Positions 22,696-38,965 are shown, numbered from the stretch's first letter. The stretch is 64,000 bases of DNA from Escherichia coli (GCF_024223415.1 NZ_CP100500.1), one strand, 5' to 3'. Numbers and translations are program-made. Notes: generated from the letters alone by a model not told the origin.

Positions 22696-23511
22696 TTGTA
22701 TATGAAAGTCGCAGTCGCAATGTCTGTATATAAGAATGATAATCCTATATACTTAGAGAAAGCCATTAAAAGTATATTGAATCAAACATATAAAAATATC
22801 CATTTATATATAGAGGTCGATGGAGTCATATCTCCACAATTATATCAATGTTTATCCTCTTTTATCTCATGCTCAAATATTAGTATAAATTTTAATAGTG
22901 ATTGTAAAGGATTGGCATTTAGATTAAATAATATTATTGATAAGGTTATATTTGATGGAGGATATTCGTATATTGCAAGAATGGATGCTGATGATATATC
23001 TCGACTCGATAGGATTGAAAAACAAGTAATATTTATGCAGACCCATAAGGATATTTCTGTTGTTGGTTCTGATGTTCTAGAAATAGATGAGGATGATAAT
23101 TTTTTATTTTACAAAAAAATGCATTGTGATCATGAGATCATCGTTCGAGATATTATTAAGAAATGTCCAATAAATCATCCCTCAGCATTTTTTAAAATAT
23201 CTTCATTTTATATAGTTAGATATAATTCCACCTTGAAGAACACACAGGATTATTACTTGTGGATTGATTTTATTTATAATAATTTAAAGATCTCAAACAT
23301 CAATGAGCCTTTGTTAAAATTTAGAGTGAATAGAGATTTTTATTCACGGAGAGGGTTTGATAAAGCTATCAATGATGTAAAATCACGAATATATGCCTTG
23401 CGAAAGTTGAATTGCTATTCACTAAGGAATATATTTCATATATTAATGCTTTTTTTTCTTAGAGTATCTCCGACTGTAATAAAAAAAATTGCATACAATA
23501 GACTTAGATAA
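22696..23511 (+). CDS. glycosyltransferase family 2
   Basis: GT2 signature (VAVAMSVYKNDNPIYLEKAIKSILNQTY) and DADD motif; last gene before gnd. Confidence 0.7.
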   Translation: MYMKVAVAMSVYKNDNPIYLEKAIKSILNQTYKNIHLYIEVDGVISPQLYQCLSSFISCSNISINFNSDCKGLAFRLNNIIDKVIFDGGYSYIARMDADDISRLDRIEKQVIFMQTHKDISVVGSDVLEIDEDDNFLFYKKMHCDHEIIVRDIIKKCPINHPSAFFKISSFYIVRYNSTLKNTQDYYLWIDFIYNNLKISNINEPLLKFRVNRDFYSRRGFDKAINDVKSRIYALRKLNCYSLRNIFHILMLFFLRVSPTVIKKIAYNRLR

Positions 23512-23698
23512 ACTTCATCTACCACGCTATAGTCGGTAAGTGGTCTTCGTTTTTCTTAAAAAAGAAGCAACGTGACATATTTTTCTTTGTTACAGAAATA
23601 TTAAGATATCCATTATCATTTTTTCACATTTGATAAAACTTATCTTATATATCCAATTACATATATATATTGCGATAGAGTCTTGACAGGAGTAAACA

Positions 23699-25105
23699 AT
23701 GTTAAAGCAACAGATAGGTGTTGTCGGTATGGCAGTGATGGGGCGCAACCTTGCGCTCAATATAGAAAGCTGTGGTTATACCGTCTCTATTTTCAACCGT
23801 TCCCGTGAAAAGACGGAAGAAGTGATTGCCGAAAATCCAGGCAAGAAACTGGTGCCTTACTACACGGTTAAAGAGTTTGTTGAATCTCTGGAAACGCCTC
23901 GTCGCATCCTGTTAATGGTGAAAGCAGGTGCAGGCACGGATGCTGCTATTGATTCCCTAAAACCATACCTCGATAAGGGCGACATCATCATTGATGGTGG
24001 TAACACCTTCTTCCAGGACACAATTCGTCGTAACCGTGAGCTTTCTGCCGAAGGCTTTAACTTCATTGGTACCGGAGTTTCCGGCGGTGAAGAAGGTGCG
24101 CTGAAAGGTCCTTCTATTATGCCCGGTGGCCAGAAAGAAGCCTATGAACTGGTTGCGCCGATCCTGACCAAGATCGCCGCAGTAGCTGAAGACGGTGAGC
24201 CATGCGTTACCTACATTGGTACCGATGGCGCAGGCCACTATGTGAAGATGGTTCACAACGGTATTGAATACGGCGATATGCAGCTGATTGCTGAAGCCTA
24301 TTCGCTGCTTAAAGGTGGCCTGAACCTCACCAACGAAGAACTGGCGCAGACCTTTACCGAGTGGAATAACGGTGAACTGAGTAGCTACCTGATCGACATC
24401 ACCAAAGATATCTTTACTAAAAAAGATGAAGACGGTAACTACCTGGTTGATGTGATTCTGGATGAAGCGGCTAACAAAGGTACCGGTAAATGGACCAGCC
24501 AGAGCGCGCTGGATCTCGGCGAACCGCTGTCGCTGATTACCGAGTCTGTGTTTGCACGTTATATCTCTTCTCTGAAAGATCAGCGCGTTGCCGCATCTAA
24601 AGTTCTCTCTGGCCCGCAAGCACAGCCAGATGGCGACAAGGCTGAGTTCATCGAAAAAGTTCGTCGTGCTCTATATCTGGGCAAAATCGTTTCTTACGCC
24701 CAAGGCTTCTCTCAGCTGCGTGCTGCGTCTGAAGAGTACAACTGGGATCTGAACTACGGCGAAATCGCGAAGATTTTCCGTGCTGGTTGCATCATTCGTG
24801 CGCAGTTCCTTCAGAAAATCACTGATGCATATGCCGAAAATCCGAAGATCGCTAACTTGCTACTGGCTCCGTACTTTAAACAAATTGCCGATGATTATCA
24901 GCAGGCGCTGCGTGATGTCGTTGCTTATGCAGTGCAGAACGGTATCCCGGTTCCTACCTTTGCTGCTGCGGTTGCCTATTACGACAGCTACCGTGCTGCT
25001 GTTCTGCCTGCGAACTTGATCCAGGCGCAGCGTGACTATTTTGGTGCACATACTTATAAGCGCATTGATAAAGCAGGTGTCTTCCATACCGAATGGCTGG
25101 ATTAA
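23699..25105 (+). CDS. gnd: 6-phosphogluconate dehydrogenase, decarboxylating
   Basis: 468-aa ORF recognised as Gnd ([19 protein letters not shown]-binding motif); core GC content. Confidence 0.95.
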   Translation: MLKQQIGVVGMAVMGRNLALNIESCGYTVSIFNRSREKTEEVIAENPGKKLVPYYTVKEFVESLETPRRILLMVKAGAGTDAAIDSLKPYLDKGDIIIDGGNTFFQDTIRRNRELSAEGFNFIGTGVSGGEEGALKGPSIMPGGQKEAYELVAPILTKIAAVAEDGEPCVTYIGTDGAGHYVKMVHNGIEYGDMQLIAEAYSLLKGGLNLTNEELAQTFTEWNNGELSSYLIDITKDIFTKKDEDGNYLVDVILDEAANKGTGKWTSQSALDLGEPLSLITESVFARYISSLKDQRVAASKVLSGPQAQPDGDKAEFIEKVRRALYLGKIVSYAQGFSQLRAASEEYNWDLNYGEIAKIFRAGCIIRAQFLQKITDAYAENPKIANLLLAPYFKQIADDYQQALRDVVAYAVQNGIPVPTFAAAVAYYDSYRAAVLPANLIQAQRDYFGAHTYKRIDKAGVFHTEWLD

Positions 25106-25349
25106 TCTGATTTAAATCAATTAATCGATGCAAGGCCCGGAGAAATCCTTCGGGTTTTTTATTATACAAAGTGGCAGGTTATGGCTTTTTTATAATTTAT
25201 GGTTAAAAAGCGATATAATACATAGACGCACAGCAGGATTACTGCCTTGACAGTTCATCCGCATCAGCGTTAAAAATCCCGCAGTAGATGAAGATGTGTT
25301 GGTAGATTAATGACCACTCTAAATGTTTAACCGGAAGAAGTCAGAGCTA

Positions 25350-26516
25350 ATGAAAATAACAATTTCAGGAACAGGTTATGTTGGTCTTTCAAATGGTATT
25401 CTGATTGCGCAAAACCACGAAGTGGTTGCACTGGATATCGTTCAGGCCAAAGTGGACATGCTTAACAAGAAGCAGTCACCGATTGTTGATAAGGAGATTG
25501 AAGAGTATCTGGCGACTAAAGATCTCAATTTCCGCGCTACGACAGATAAGTATGACGCGTATAAAAATGCCGATTACGTTATTATTGCCACGCCTACCGA
25601 TTATGATCCGAAAACGAATTATTTTAATACCTCAAGCGTGGAAACGGTCATTCGCGATGTGACAGAAATTAATCCCAGCGCGGTAATGATTATAAAATCA
25701 ACTATCCCTGTTGGTTTTACAGAGTCTATTAAAGAACGGTTTGGTATTGAAAATGTGATTTTTTCGCCGGAGTTTTTACGCGAAGGGAAAGCACTTTATG
25801 ATAACTTGCATCCATCACGCATAGTGATTGGCGAGCAATCTGACCGCGCAGAACGTTTTGCAGCGTTATTACAGGAAGGCGCTATTAAGCAAGACATACC
25901 AATATTGTTTACTGACTCAACCGAGGCTGAGGCGATTAAACTTTTTGCCAATACTTATCTGGCGATGCGTGTGGCTTATTTTAATGAACTAGATACTTAC
26001 GCTGAAAGTCTGGGTCTTAACTCCCGCCAAATTATTGAGGGAGTTTGCCTTGATCCGCGTATCGGTAATCACTACAATAATCCGTCATTTGGTTATGGTG
26101 GTTATTGTCTGCCGAAAGATACTAAGCAGTTACTGGCAAACTATCAGTCAGTACCGAATAACTTGATCTCAGCAATTGTCGATGCCAATCGCACGCGAAA
26201 AGATTTTATTGCCGATTCTATCCTTGCACGTAAACCGAAAGTTGTTGGCGTCTATCGTCTGATTATGAAGAGTGGTTCGGACAATTTCCGTGCTTCCTCA
26301 ATTCAGGGTATTATGAAGCGAATCAAGGCGAAAGGCGTGCCTGTAATCGTTTATGAGCCAGCTATGAAAGAGGACAATTTTTTCAGGTCGCGCGTGGTAC
26401 GTGATCTGGATGCGTTCAAGCAAGAAGCTGATGTTATTATTTCTAACCGTATGTCTGCCGATCTGGCTGATGTAGCAGATAAGGTTTATACGCGCGACTT
26501 GTTTGGCAATGATTAA
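25350..26516 (+). CDS. ugd: UDP-glucose 6-dehydrogenase
   Basis: ORF 25323..26516; start at [16 protein letters not shown] gives 388 aa. Confidence 0.9.
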   Translation: MKITISGTGYVGLSNGILIAQNHEVVALDIVQAKVDMLNKKQSPIVDKEIEEYLATKDLNFRATTDKYDAYKNADYVIIATPTDYDPKTNYFNTSSVETVIRDVTEINPSAVMIIKSTIPVGFTESIKERFGIENVIFSPEFLREGKALYDNLHPSRIVIGEQSDRAERFAALLQEGAIKQDIPILFTDSTEAEAIKLFANTYLAMRVAYFNELDTYAESLGLNSRQIIEGVCLDPRIGNHYNNPSFGYGGYCLPKDTKQLLANYQSVPNNLISAIVDANRTRKDFIADSILARKPKVVGVYRLIMKSGSDNFRASSIQGIMKRIKAKGVPVIVYEPAMKEDNFFRSRVVRDLDAFKQEADVIISNRMSADLADVADKVYTRDLFGND

Positions 26517-26535
26517 TTATTTTGTTTCATACTAA

Positions 26536-26566
26536 GAAAAGGCCCTAATAAATTAGGGCCTTTTCT
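26536..26566. terminator. bidirectional hairpin between convergent ugd and gla
   Basis: Perfect inverted repeat AGGCCCTAA-N-TTAGGGCCT flanked by A/T runs. Confidence 0.5.
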
Positions 26567-26581
26567 TATGATTTTGTAAAA

Positions 26582-27586
26582 TCAAACTTTATAGAAGTTA
26601 CGATACCATTCTACAAAGTTCTTTACCCCCTCTTTAACTGACGTTTCAGGTTTGAATCCTATTACGTCATACAGTGCTTTGGTATCAGCACTGGTTTCCA
26701 GTACATCACCGGGTTGGAGAGGCATCATATTTTTGTTGGCTTCAATACCCAGAGCCTCTTCTAACGCATTGATATAGTCCATCAACTCTACAGGCGAACT
26801 ATTACCAATGTTATAGACACGATATGGTGCTGAACTTGTTGCAGGCGAGCCTGTTTCTACAGCCCACTGTGGATCTTTTTCTGGAATAACATCCTGTAAG
26901 CGAATAATAGCTTCGGCAATATCATCAATATAAGTAAAGTCACGCTTCATTTTGCCGAAGTTGTAAACATCAATGCTTTTACCTTCCAACATGGCTTTAG
27001 TAAATTTAAATAATGCCATATCCGGACGTCCCCATGGACCATAAACCGTAAAGAAACGCAGTCCTGTGGTCGGTAAGCCATACAAATGAGAATATGTATG
27101 GGCCATGAGTTCATTCGCTTTTTTAGTTGCTGCATAAAGTGAAACAGGATGATCTACAGAGTCATCTGTAGAGAAAGGCATCATGCGGTTCATACCATAA
27201 ACAGAACTGGAGGAAGCGTAAAGTAGATGCTGAACATTATTATGGCGGCATCCTTCCAGTATGTTCAGGAATCCAATCAGGTTTGCATCTGCATATGCAT
27301 TGGGATTTTCAAGGGAGTAACGTACACCGGCTTGCGCAGCGAGGTTTATTACGCGATCGAACCGCTCCTCTGCAAACAGTGCTGCCATTTTCTCACGATC
27401 GGCCAGGTCAATTTTATAAAAACTGAAATTGTCGTGCTTGAGTAAATCAAGTCGTGCTTGTTTGAGGTTGACATCGTAATAATCATTTAAGTTGTCAATG
27501 CCTACAACCTGATGACCAGCTGCAAGAAGCCGTTTACTTACATAGAAACCGATAAAGCCAGCAGCTCCCGTAACCAGAAATTTCAT
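26582..27586 (-). CDS. gla: NAD-dependent epimerase, UDP-glucuronate 4-epimerase-like
   Basis: 334-aa ORF with Rossmann motif ([12 protein letters not shown]) and YxxxK; sits between ugd and wzzB on the opposite strand. Confidence 0.75.
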   Translation of the reverse strand: MKFLVTGAAGFIGFYVSKRLLAAGHQVVGIDNLNDYYDVNLKQARLDLLKHDNFSFYKIDLADREKMAALFAEERFDRVINLAAQAGVRYSLENPNAYADANLIGFLNILEGCRHNNVQHLLYASSSSVYGMNRMMPFSTDDSVDHPVSLYAATKKANELMAHTYSHLYGLPTTGLRFFTVYGPWGRPDMALFKFTKAMLEGKSIDVYNFGKMKRDFTYIDDIAEAIIRLQDVIPEKDPQWAVETGSPATSSAPYRVYNIGNSSPVELMDYINALEEALGIEANKNMMPLQPGDVLETSADTKALYDVIGFKPETSVKEGVKNFVEWYRNFYKV

Positions 27587-27761
27587 TTATTATCCTCTCT
27601 CAGGCTTGATTATAGCCAATCTTCATCTGGCATAACTGAAAGTTAAATCATACCGTTAGACAAGAAAAAAAGATAATCGGTATCAGTTCTAAACATGGCT
27701 GTTTTTTCTGGTAACGTGCTCATTTTACAATCAAAGATGTTCTAAACTGACTATACAAGCC

Positions 27762-27847
27762 GACGTCATTATTTCCAACCGTATGACAGAAGAGCTTAAG
27801 GATGTGGCAGATAAGGTCTACACCCGCGATCTCTTTGGCAGTGACTA
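27762..27847 (+). pseudogene. remnant of a second ugd 3' end (last about 28 codons plus stop)
   Basis: Translates to [28 protein letters not shown], a variant of the C-terminus of the intact ugd (…[25 protein letters not shown]); coordinates approximate. Confidence 0.6.
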
Positions 27848-27991
27848 ACATCTTGTTATCAGGGCGATTTTCGCCCTGATTGTCTTATGTTTCCTTTGTA
27901 ATAATTCATTGTTTTTATCATTTATCCTATAGCATTCATGGCGATTATTGCTAAACTATGGCGACTTAAAATTATTTCGTCCGTTAGGGTA

Positions 27992-28972
27992 ATGATGAGA
28001 GTAGAAAATAATAATCTTTCTGGGCAAAACCATGATCCGGAACAGATTGATTTGATTGATTTACTGGTTCAACTATGGCGCGGCAAGATGACTATCATCA
28101 TTTCTGTCATTGTGGCTCTTGCCCTGGCTATAGGGTATCTGGCCGTTGCCAAAGAAAAGTGGACTTCAACAGCTATCGTTACTCAACCTGATGTGGGGCA
28201 AATCGCTGGTTATAACAATGCCATAAATGTGATTTATGGTTCGGCAGCGCCGAAAGTGTCTGAGATCCAGTCGATGTTAATTGGTCGTTTCAGCACGACA
28301 TTTTCTGCATTAGCAGAAACGCTGGATAATCAGGAAGAACCTGAAAAACTGACCATTGAGCCTACCGTTAAAAATCAGTCATTACCTTTAGCGGTTTCTT
28401 ATGTCGGTGAAACACCTGAAGGTGCGCAGAAACAGCTGGCGCAGTATATCCAGCAAGTTGACGACCAGGTAAATGAAGATCTGGAAAAAGACCTGAAAGA
28501 CAACATCGCGCTGCGTATGAAAAACTTGCAGGATTCGCTGAAGACCCAGGAAGTGGTTGCGCAGGAGCAGAAAGATCTGCGTATCCGTCAGATTCAGGAA
28601 GCGTTGCAGTATGCGAATCAGGCGCAGGTGACAAAGCCACAGGTTCAGCAGACTGAAGATGTGACGCAAGATACGTTGTTCCTTTTGGGGAGCGAAGCGC
28701 TGGAGTCGATGATTAAGCATGAGGCGACCCGTCCGTTGGTGTTCTCATCAAACTACTATCAGACACGTCAAAACCTGCTGGATATCGAAAGCTTAAAGGT
28801 TGATGATCTTGATATTCATGCTTACCGCTATGTAATGAAACCGACGTTACCTATTCGTCGCGATAGTCCGAAAAAGGCAATCACCTTGATTCTGGCGGTG
28901 CTGCTGGGCGGCATGGTTGGCGCGGGGATTGTGCTGGGGCGTAACGCTCTGCGTAATTACAACACGAAGTAA
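27992..28972 (+). CDS. wzzB: O-antigen chain-length determinant
   Basis: ORF 27938..28972; start at MMRVENNN gives 326 aa; two TM segments flank a periplasmic coiled-coil domain. Confidence 0.9.
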   Translation: MMRVENNNLSGQNHDPEQIDLIDLLVQLWRGKMTIIISVIVALALAIGYLAVAKEKWTSTAIVTQPDVGQIAGYNNAINVIYGSAAPKVSEIQSMLIGRFSTTFSALAETLDNQEEPEKLTIEPTVKNQSLPLAVSYVGETPEGAQKQLAQYIQQVDDQVNEDLEKDLKDNIALRMKNLQDSLKTQEVVAQEQKDLRIRQIQEALQYANQAQVTKPQVQQTEDVTQDTLFLLGSEALESMIKHEATRPLVFSSNYYQTRQNLLDIESLKVDDLDIHAYRYVMKPTLPIRRDSPKKAITLILAVLLGGMVGAGIVLGRNALRNYNTK

Positions 28973-28989
28973 TCTTTTCGGTTTTAAAG

Positions 28990-29027
28990 AAAAAGGGCAG
29001 GGTGGTGACACCTTGCCCGTTTTTTTT
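28990..29027 (+). terminator. putative intrinsic terminator after wzzB
   Basis: GC-rich hairpin (GGGCAGGGTG…CACCTTGCCC) followed by TTTTTTTT; a second palindrome (GGATGCGA…TCGCATCC) lies just downstream, facing the convergent his operon. Confidence 0.45.
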
Positions 29028-29068
29028 GCCGGATGCGACAACAATATCGCATCCGCTTACCCCGTAAC

Positions 29069-29673
29069 TCACTGATGCCGTTTACGCAGGTTCTCAATTA
29101 CCGTCGTTAAATCCAGATCCTGATCCTGTAACAGCACCAGCAGGTGATACATCAAGTCAGATGCCTCGTTGGTCAGTTCAAAGCGGTCATGCACCGTTGC
29201 GGCCAGTGCGGTTTCCACGCCTTCTTCGCCCACTTTCTGCGCAATGCGTTTGGTGCCGCTGGCATACAGTTTGGCGGTGTAGGAGGTTTCCGGGGCGGCA
29301 GATTTACGTTCGGCGAGTAGTTGTTCCAGTTGATACAGGAACAGCCACTGGTGAGCGGTGTCGCCGAAGCAGCTGCTGGTGCCTTTGTGGCAGGTTGGCC
29401 CGATGGGATTCGCCAGCACCAGTAATGTGTCGTTGTCGCAGTCCGGCGCAATATTTACTACGTTGAGGAAATTACCCGACGTTTCGCCTTTGGTCCACAG
29501 TCGCTGTTTAGTGCGCGAGAAGAAGGTGACTTTGCCGCTTTCGATGGTTTTGTCTAAGGCTTCCGGGTTCATATAGCCCAGCATTAGCACTTCGCCAGAT
29601 ACAGCGTGTTGCACAATCACCGGCATCAGACCGTCGGTTTTTTCCCAATCCAGTTCGCGACGTTGTTGTTCTG

Positions 29674-29680
<7 letters not shown>
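29069..29680 (-). CDS. hisI: bifunctional phosphoribosyl-AMP cyclohydrolase / phosphoribosyl-ATP pyrophosphatase
   Basis: 203-aa ORF recognised as HisIE; last gene of the his operon. Confidence 0.95.
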
Positions 29681-31758
<2,078 letters not shown>

Positions 31759-31759
<1 letters not shown>

Positions 31760-32825
31760 TACAGCACTCCTTTCGATGAGGGCAGGGTATCGCCTTCCAC
31801 GCGGATGGCCTGGCGCAGGGTGCGACCAAAGGCTTTGAACAGGCTCTCTACACGGTGGTGATCGTTTTTACCTTTGGTTTTCAGGTGTAGCGTCACACCC
31901 ATAGTGTAAGAGAGCGAACGGAAGAAGTGCTCGATCATTTCAGTGCTGAGATCGCCCACGCGCTGGTAGGTAAATTCGGCTTTATATTCCAGGTGCGGGC
32001 GACCAGAGATATCCAGTGCACAGCGGGCAAGGCATTCGTCCATCGGCAGCACAAAACCAAAGCGGCAAATACCGCGTTTGTCGCCGAGGGCGATTTTTAA
32101 CGCTTCGCCCAGCGCCAGGCCGGTATCTTCGACGGTGTGGTGATCGTCGATATAGAGGTCGCCTTTGACGTTGATTTCCATGCGGAAACCGCCGTGGGTG
32201 GCGATCTGATCCAGCATATGATCAAAGAAGCCAACGCCGGTGTTAATCTTGCTGCCACCTTCGCGATCCAGCCACACCTGGACGTCAATTTGCGTCTCTT
32301 TGGTGTTGCGCACTACATGGGCGTAACGGTCTCGTTTAGTGAGCTGCTCGCCAATCATTGGCCAGTTCAGGGTTTCGCGGTCATAGCGTAAACCATTAAT
32401 GCCCATGTTTTCCGCCAGCTGAATATCGGTCGCGCGATCGCCAATCACATAACTATTGGCACGATCCATCGCTTGCTCAGCGAGATAACGCTCCACCAGT
32501 TTTACTTTCGGCTTACGGCAGTCGCACTCATCGGCGGGCAGGTGCGGACAAATCAGCACTTCATCAAACTGCACGCCTTGCGAGGTGAAGAACTGCATCA
32601 TCAGGTTGTGCGGGCCATCAAAATCCGCCTGCGGGAAACTTTGTGTTCCCAGACCATCCTGATTAGTGATCATCACCAGCTTGTAGCCCGCTTTTTGCAG
32701 CTTCAGCAGCTCCGGGATCACGCCTGGTTCAAAGGCGAGTTTGTCAAAACGGTCCACCTGAAAATCACTCGGCGGTTCGCTAATCAGGGTTCCATCGCGA
32801 TCGATAAAAAGATACTTCTGACTCA

Positions 32826-32826
<1 letters not shown>
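31759..32826 (-). CDS. hisB: bifunctional histidinol-phosphatase / imidazoleglycerol-phosphate dehydratase
   Basis: ORF 31759..32829; start at [12 protein letters not shown] gives 355 aa. Confidence 0.95.
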
Positions 32827-35197
<2,371 letters not shown>

Positions 35198-35202
35198 GGC
35201 GA

Positions 35203-36102
35203 TCACTCCATCATTTTCTCAATCGGCAGCACCAGGATTGAACTGGCACCCAGCGCTTTCAGTTTTTCCATCGTTTCCCAGAACAGGGTTTCGCTACTCA
35301 CCATGTGCATCGCTACGCGCTGTTGATCACCCGCCAGCGGTAGAATAGTTGGGCGTTCGGCACCTGGCAGCAGGGCGATGACTTCATCCAGGCGTTCGGT
35401 CGGTGCGTGCATCATGATGTATTTTGATTCGCGCGCCTGGATCACACCCTGAATACGGGTCAGCAGTTTGTCGATCAGCTGCTGTTTGGATTCTTCCATT
35501 TCGCCATCGCGTTGTATCAGGCAAGCTTTCGAGCGGTAGATAACTTCGACTTCGCGCAGGCCGTTTGCTTCCAGCGTGGCACCGGTGGAAACCAGATCGC
35601 AAATCGCATCCGCCAGTCCGGCGCGCGGGGCGACTTCAACAGAACCGTTCAGTAAGCAGGATTTAAAAGAGATGCCTTTCTGGTCGAGATAACGCTTGAG
35701 CAGGTGAGGATAAGAGGTGGCGATACGTTTACCGTTTAAGGAGAGCGGGCCGTCCCAGGCTTCATCAACCGGCGTTGCCAGCGAAAGACGGCAGCCGCCG
35801 AAATCCAGACGACGCAGGGTAAAGTAGCGTGGATCTTCACCCTGGGCGCGGCGGTTAAGCAGTTCTTCTTCCAGCACGTTTTCGCCGATAATCCCAAGGT
35901 CTACCACGCCGTCCATTACCAGACCGGGAATGTCGTCGTCACGCACGCGCAGAATATCAATCGGCATGTTTTCTGCCATCGCGATCAGGCGCTGGGTGTG
36001 AAGATTGATTTTAATGCCACAGCGCGCCAGTAATTCGCGTGAGTCATCACTTAAACGGCCGGATTTCTGCATAGCTATGCGTAAACGAGTGTTGTCTGTC
36101 AT
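35203..36102 (-). CDS. hisG: ATP phosphoribosyltransferase
   Basis: ORF 35203..36141; start at [15 protein letters not shown] gives 299 aa. Confidence 0.95.
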
Positions 36103-36149
36103 TTTCTTATTCCTCTTTAAACCTGTCTGAACCGTTATCAATCGCGCAA

Positions 36150-36190
36150 TAAAAAAGCCCCCGGAAGGTGATCTTCCGGGGGCTTTCTCA
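36150..36190 (-). terminator. his attenuator terminator hairpin
   Basis: On the minus strand, GCCCCCGGAAG-loop-CTTCCGGGGGC followed by a T-run, between hisL and hisG; coordinates approximate. Confidence 0.7.
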
Positions 36191-36247
36191 TGCGTTCATG
36201 CACCACTGGAAGATCTGAATGTCTTCCAGCACACATCGCCTGAAAGA

Positions 36248-36298
36248 CTAGTCAGGATGATGGTGATGATGGTGGTGTTTAAATTGAACGCGTGTCAT
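36248..36298 (-). CDS. hisL: his operon leader peptide
   Basis: Minus-strand mini-ORF translating to MTRVQFKHHHHHHHPD* (seven consecutive His codons), too short for the ORF track; coordinates approximate. Confidence 0.85.
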   Translation of the reverse strand: MTRVQFKHHHHHHHPD

Positions 36299-36544
36299 AA
36301 AAGTCTCTGTGAATGTTTATTCAACTGATGTCTTTTAACCTAAACCACTTTCACGTTAGAAAGCAAGGGCTTTTTTATATATTTTATGGCAATGGATTTG
36401 TTTAATGAATGAGCGGGGAAAGGAGGGGGCTAAGAGGACTGTCCTCTAACCTGACGGCACCAAAAATAGCGAAGCCTGGATTTTCGTCTCACTGACAATA
36501 TCTTGATCTACAAACTAATTAATAAATAGTTAATTAACGCCCAT

Positions 36545-36575
36545 CATTGTACAATGAGCTGTACATAAGAGGAGA
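36545..36575 (+). promoter_or_regulatory. yefM-yoeB operator/promoter region
   Basis: Two GTACA-core palindromic half-sites (TTGTACAATGAGCTGTACAT) immediately upstream of the yefM RBS and ATG. Confidence 0.45.
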
Positions 36576-36580
36576 TTGAT

Positions 36581-36832
36581 ATGCGTACAATTAGCTACAG
36601 CGAAGCGCGTCAGAATTTGTCGGCAACAATGATGAAAGCCGTTGAAGATCATGCCCCGATCCTTATTACTCGTCAGAATGGAGAGGCTTGTGTTCTGATG
36701 TCACTCGAAGAATACAACTCGCTGGAAGAGACGGCTTATCTACTGCGCTCCCCCGCTAACGCCCGGAGATTGATGGACTCAATCGATAGCCTGAAATCTG
36801 GCAAAGGAACGGAAAAGGACATCATTGAGTGA
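36581..36832 (+). CDS. yefM: antitoxin YefM
   Basis: 83-aa ORF recognised as YefM (Phd-like); 4-nt overlap with yoeB. Confidence 0.9.
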
Positions 36833-37083
36833 AACTAATCTGGTCTGAGGAATCATGGGACGATTATCTGTACTGGCAGGAAACAGATAAGCGAATTGTT
36901 AAAAAGATCAATGAACTTATCAAAGATACCCGCAGAACGCCATTTGAAGGTAAGGGGAAGCCAGAACCCCTGAAACATAATTTGTCAGGTTTCTGGTCCC
37001 GACGCATTACAGAGGAGCACCGTCTGGTATACGCGGTTACCGACGATTCACTGCTCATTGCAGCATGTCGTTATCATTATTGA
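36829..37083 (+). CDS. yoeB: toxin YoeB (ribosome-dependent mRNA interferase)
   Basis: 84-aa ORF recognised as YoeB. Confidence 0.9.
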
Positions 37084-37165
37084 ACAGATTCATTCATAGA
37101 ATGAATTGTCAGTTTTGATACGCTAGCGTAGCCTTATAGATCTAAGGTGTATCAGGAGATAACGG

Positions 37166-37990
37166 ATGAAAAAGGTCGCAATTGTCGGGTTAGGGTGGTT
37201 AGGCATGCCGCTGGCGATGTCACTTTCAGCGCGAGGCTGGCAAGTCACCGGGAGTAAAACCACACAAGATGGTGTCGAAGCGGCCCGAATGAGTGGCATT
37301 GATAGCTATCTGCTTCGCATGGAGCCTGAGTTAGTTTGCGATTCTGACGATCTGGATGCCCTGATGGATGCCGACGCGCTGGTCATTACGCTTCCGGCAC
37401 GTCGTAGCGGCCCCGGCGATGAGTTCTATTTACAAGCGGTACAAGAGTTAGTGGATAGCGCGCTGGCCCATCGTATTCCCCGCATTATTTTTACCAGCTC
37501 AACGTCTGTCTATGGCGACGCGCAAGGCACGGTGAAAGAAACCACCCCGCGTAATCCGGTAACCAACAGTGGACGAGTATTAGAAGAACTCGAAGACTGG
37601 CTGCACAATTTACCCGGTACTTCGGTCGATATTCTGCGTCTTGCGGGGCTGGTCGGACCGGGACGTCATCCCGGACGCTTCTTTGCCGGAAAAACCGCGC
37701 CTGATGGTGAACATGGTGTTAATTTAGTCCATTTAGAAGATGTTATTGGCGCTATCACTCTGTTGTTACAGGCACCTAAAGGCGGACACATCTATAATAT
37801 ATGTGCGCCAGCTCACCCTGCGCGTAATGTTTTCTATCCGCAGATGGCCCGTTTACTGGGGCTGGAACCTCCGCAGTTCAGAAATAGTCTGGACAGCGGC
37901 AAAGGTAAGATTATTGATGGCAGTCGGATTTGTAATGAACTGGGATTTGAATACCAGTATCCCGATCCGCTGGTAATGCCGCTGGAGTAA
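37166..37990 (+). CDS. yeeZ: NAD(P)-binding epimerase/dehydratase-family protein
   Basis: 274-aa ORF with Rossmann motif (VAIVGLGWLG); conserved position next to yefM-yoeB. Confidence 0.8.
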   Translation: MKKVAIVGLGWLGMPLAMSLSARGWQVTGSKTTQDGVEAARMSGIDSYLLRMEPELVCDSDDLDALMDADALVITLPARRSGPGDEFYLQAVQELVDSALAHRIPRIIFTSSTSVYGDAQGTVKETTPRNPVTNSGRVLEELEDWLHNLPGTSVDILRLAGLVGPGRHPGRFFAGKTAPDGEHGVNLVHLEDVIGAITLLLQAPKGGHIYNICAPAHPARNVFYPQMARLLGLEPPQFRNSLDSGKGKIIDGSRICNELGFEYQYPDPLVMPLE

Positions 37991-38035
37991 ACGATCACGC
38001 CAGCAGGACGCCGCATACACTGCAAGGGGGCGTGT

Positions 38036-38965
38036 ATGAAACCACTGCTGGATGTGTTGATGATCCTCGATGCCTTAGAAAAAGAAGGTAGTTTTGCGGC
38101 GGCGTCGGCCAAACTCTATAAGACGCCGTCCGCTCTGAGTTACACCGTTCACAAGCTGGAAAGCGACCTTAATATTCAATTGCTTGATCGTAGCGGTCAC
38201 CGCGCTAAATTCACCCGTACCGGAAAAATGTTATTAGAGAAAGGGCGGGAAGTTCTGCATACCGTGCGGGAACTGGAAAAGCAGGCGATCAAACTGCATG
38301 AAGGCTGGGAAAACGAGCTGGTGATTGGCGTGGACGACACGTTTCCTTTTTCTCTGCTTGCGCCACTGATTGAAGCTTTTTATCAACATCATAGCGTGAC
38401 GCGCCTGAAGTTTATCAATGGCGTACTCGGTGGTTCCTGGGATGCCCTGACTCAGGGGCGAGCGGATATTATTGTTGGCGCGATGCATGAGCCACCATCT
38501 TCCAGTGAGTTTGGTTTTTCACGGTTGGGCGATCTGGAACAAGTCTTTGCGGTCGCGCCTCATCATCCGTTAGCCCTGGAAGAAGAGCCGTTAAATCGTC
38601 GTATTATTAAGCGATATCGGGCGATTGTGGTGGGGGATACTGCGCAGGCAGGCGCTTCTACGGCCTCACAACTTCTCGACGAACAAGAAGCCATTACCGT
38701 TTTCGATTTTAAAACCAAGCTGGAGCTGCAAATTAGCGGCCTCGGCTGCGGCTATTTACCCCGTTATCTGGCGCAACGTTTTCTCGATAGTGGCGCGTTA
38801 ATCGAGAAGAAAGTGGTCGCCCAAACTCTCTTTGAACCCGTCTGGATTGGCTGGAACGAACAGACCGCAGGGCTTGCCAGCGGCTGGTGGCGAGATGAAA
38901 TTTTAGCAAATAGTGCGATCGCCGGTGTTTATGCAAAATCTGATGACGGAAAATCAGCCATTTAA
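38036..38965 (+). CDS. yeeY: LysR-family transcriptional regulator
   Basis: 309-aa ORF with N-terminal HTH and LysR substrate-binding region. Confidence 0.8.
   Translation: MKPLLDVLMILDALEKEGSFAAASAKLYKTPSALSYTVHKLESDLNIQLLDRSGHRAKFTRTGKMLLEKGREVLHTVRELEKQAIKLHEGWENELVIGVDDTFPFSLLAPLIEAFYQHHSVTRLKFINGVLGGSWDALTQGRADIIVGAMHEPPSSSEFGFSRLGDLEQVFAVAPHHPLALEEEPLNRRIIKRYRAIVVGDTAQAGASTASQLLDEQEAITVFDFKTKLELQISGLGCGYLPRYLAQRFLDSGALIEKKVVAQTLFEPVWIGWNEQTAGLASGWWRDEILANSAIAGVYAKSDDGKSAI

Noticed and set aside
23957-24619. 220-aa minus-strand ORF inside gnd
   Set aside because: Antisense to gnd, one of the best-conserved genes in the window.
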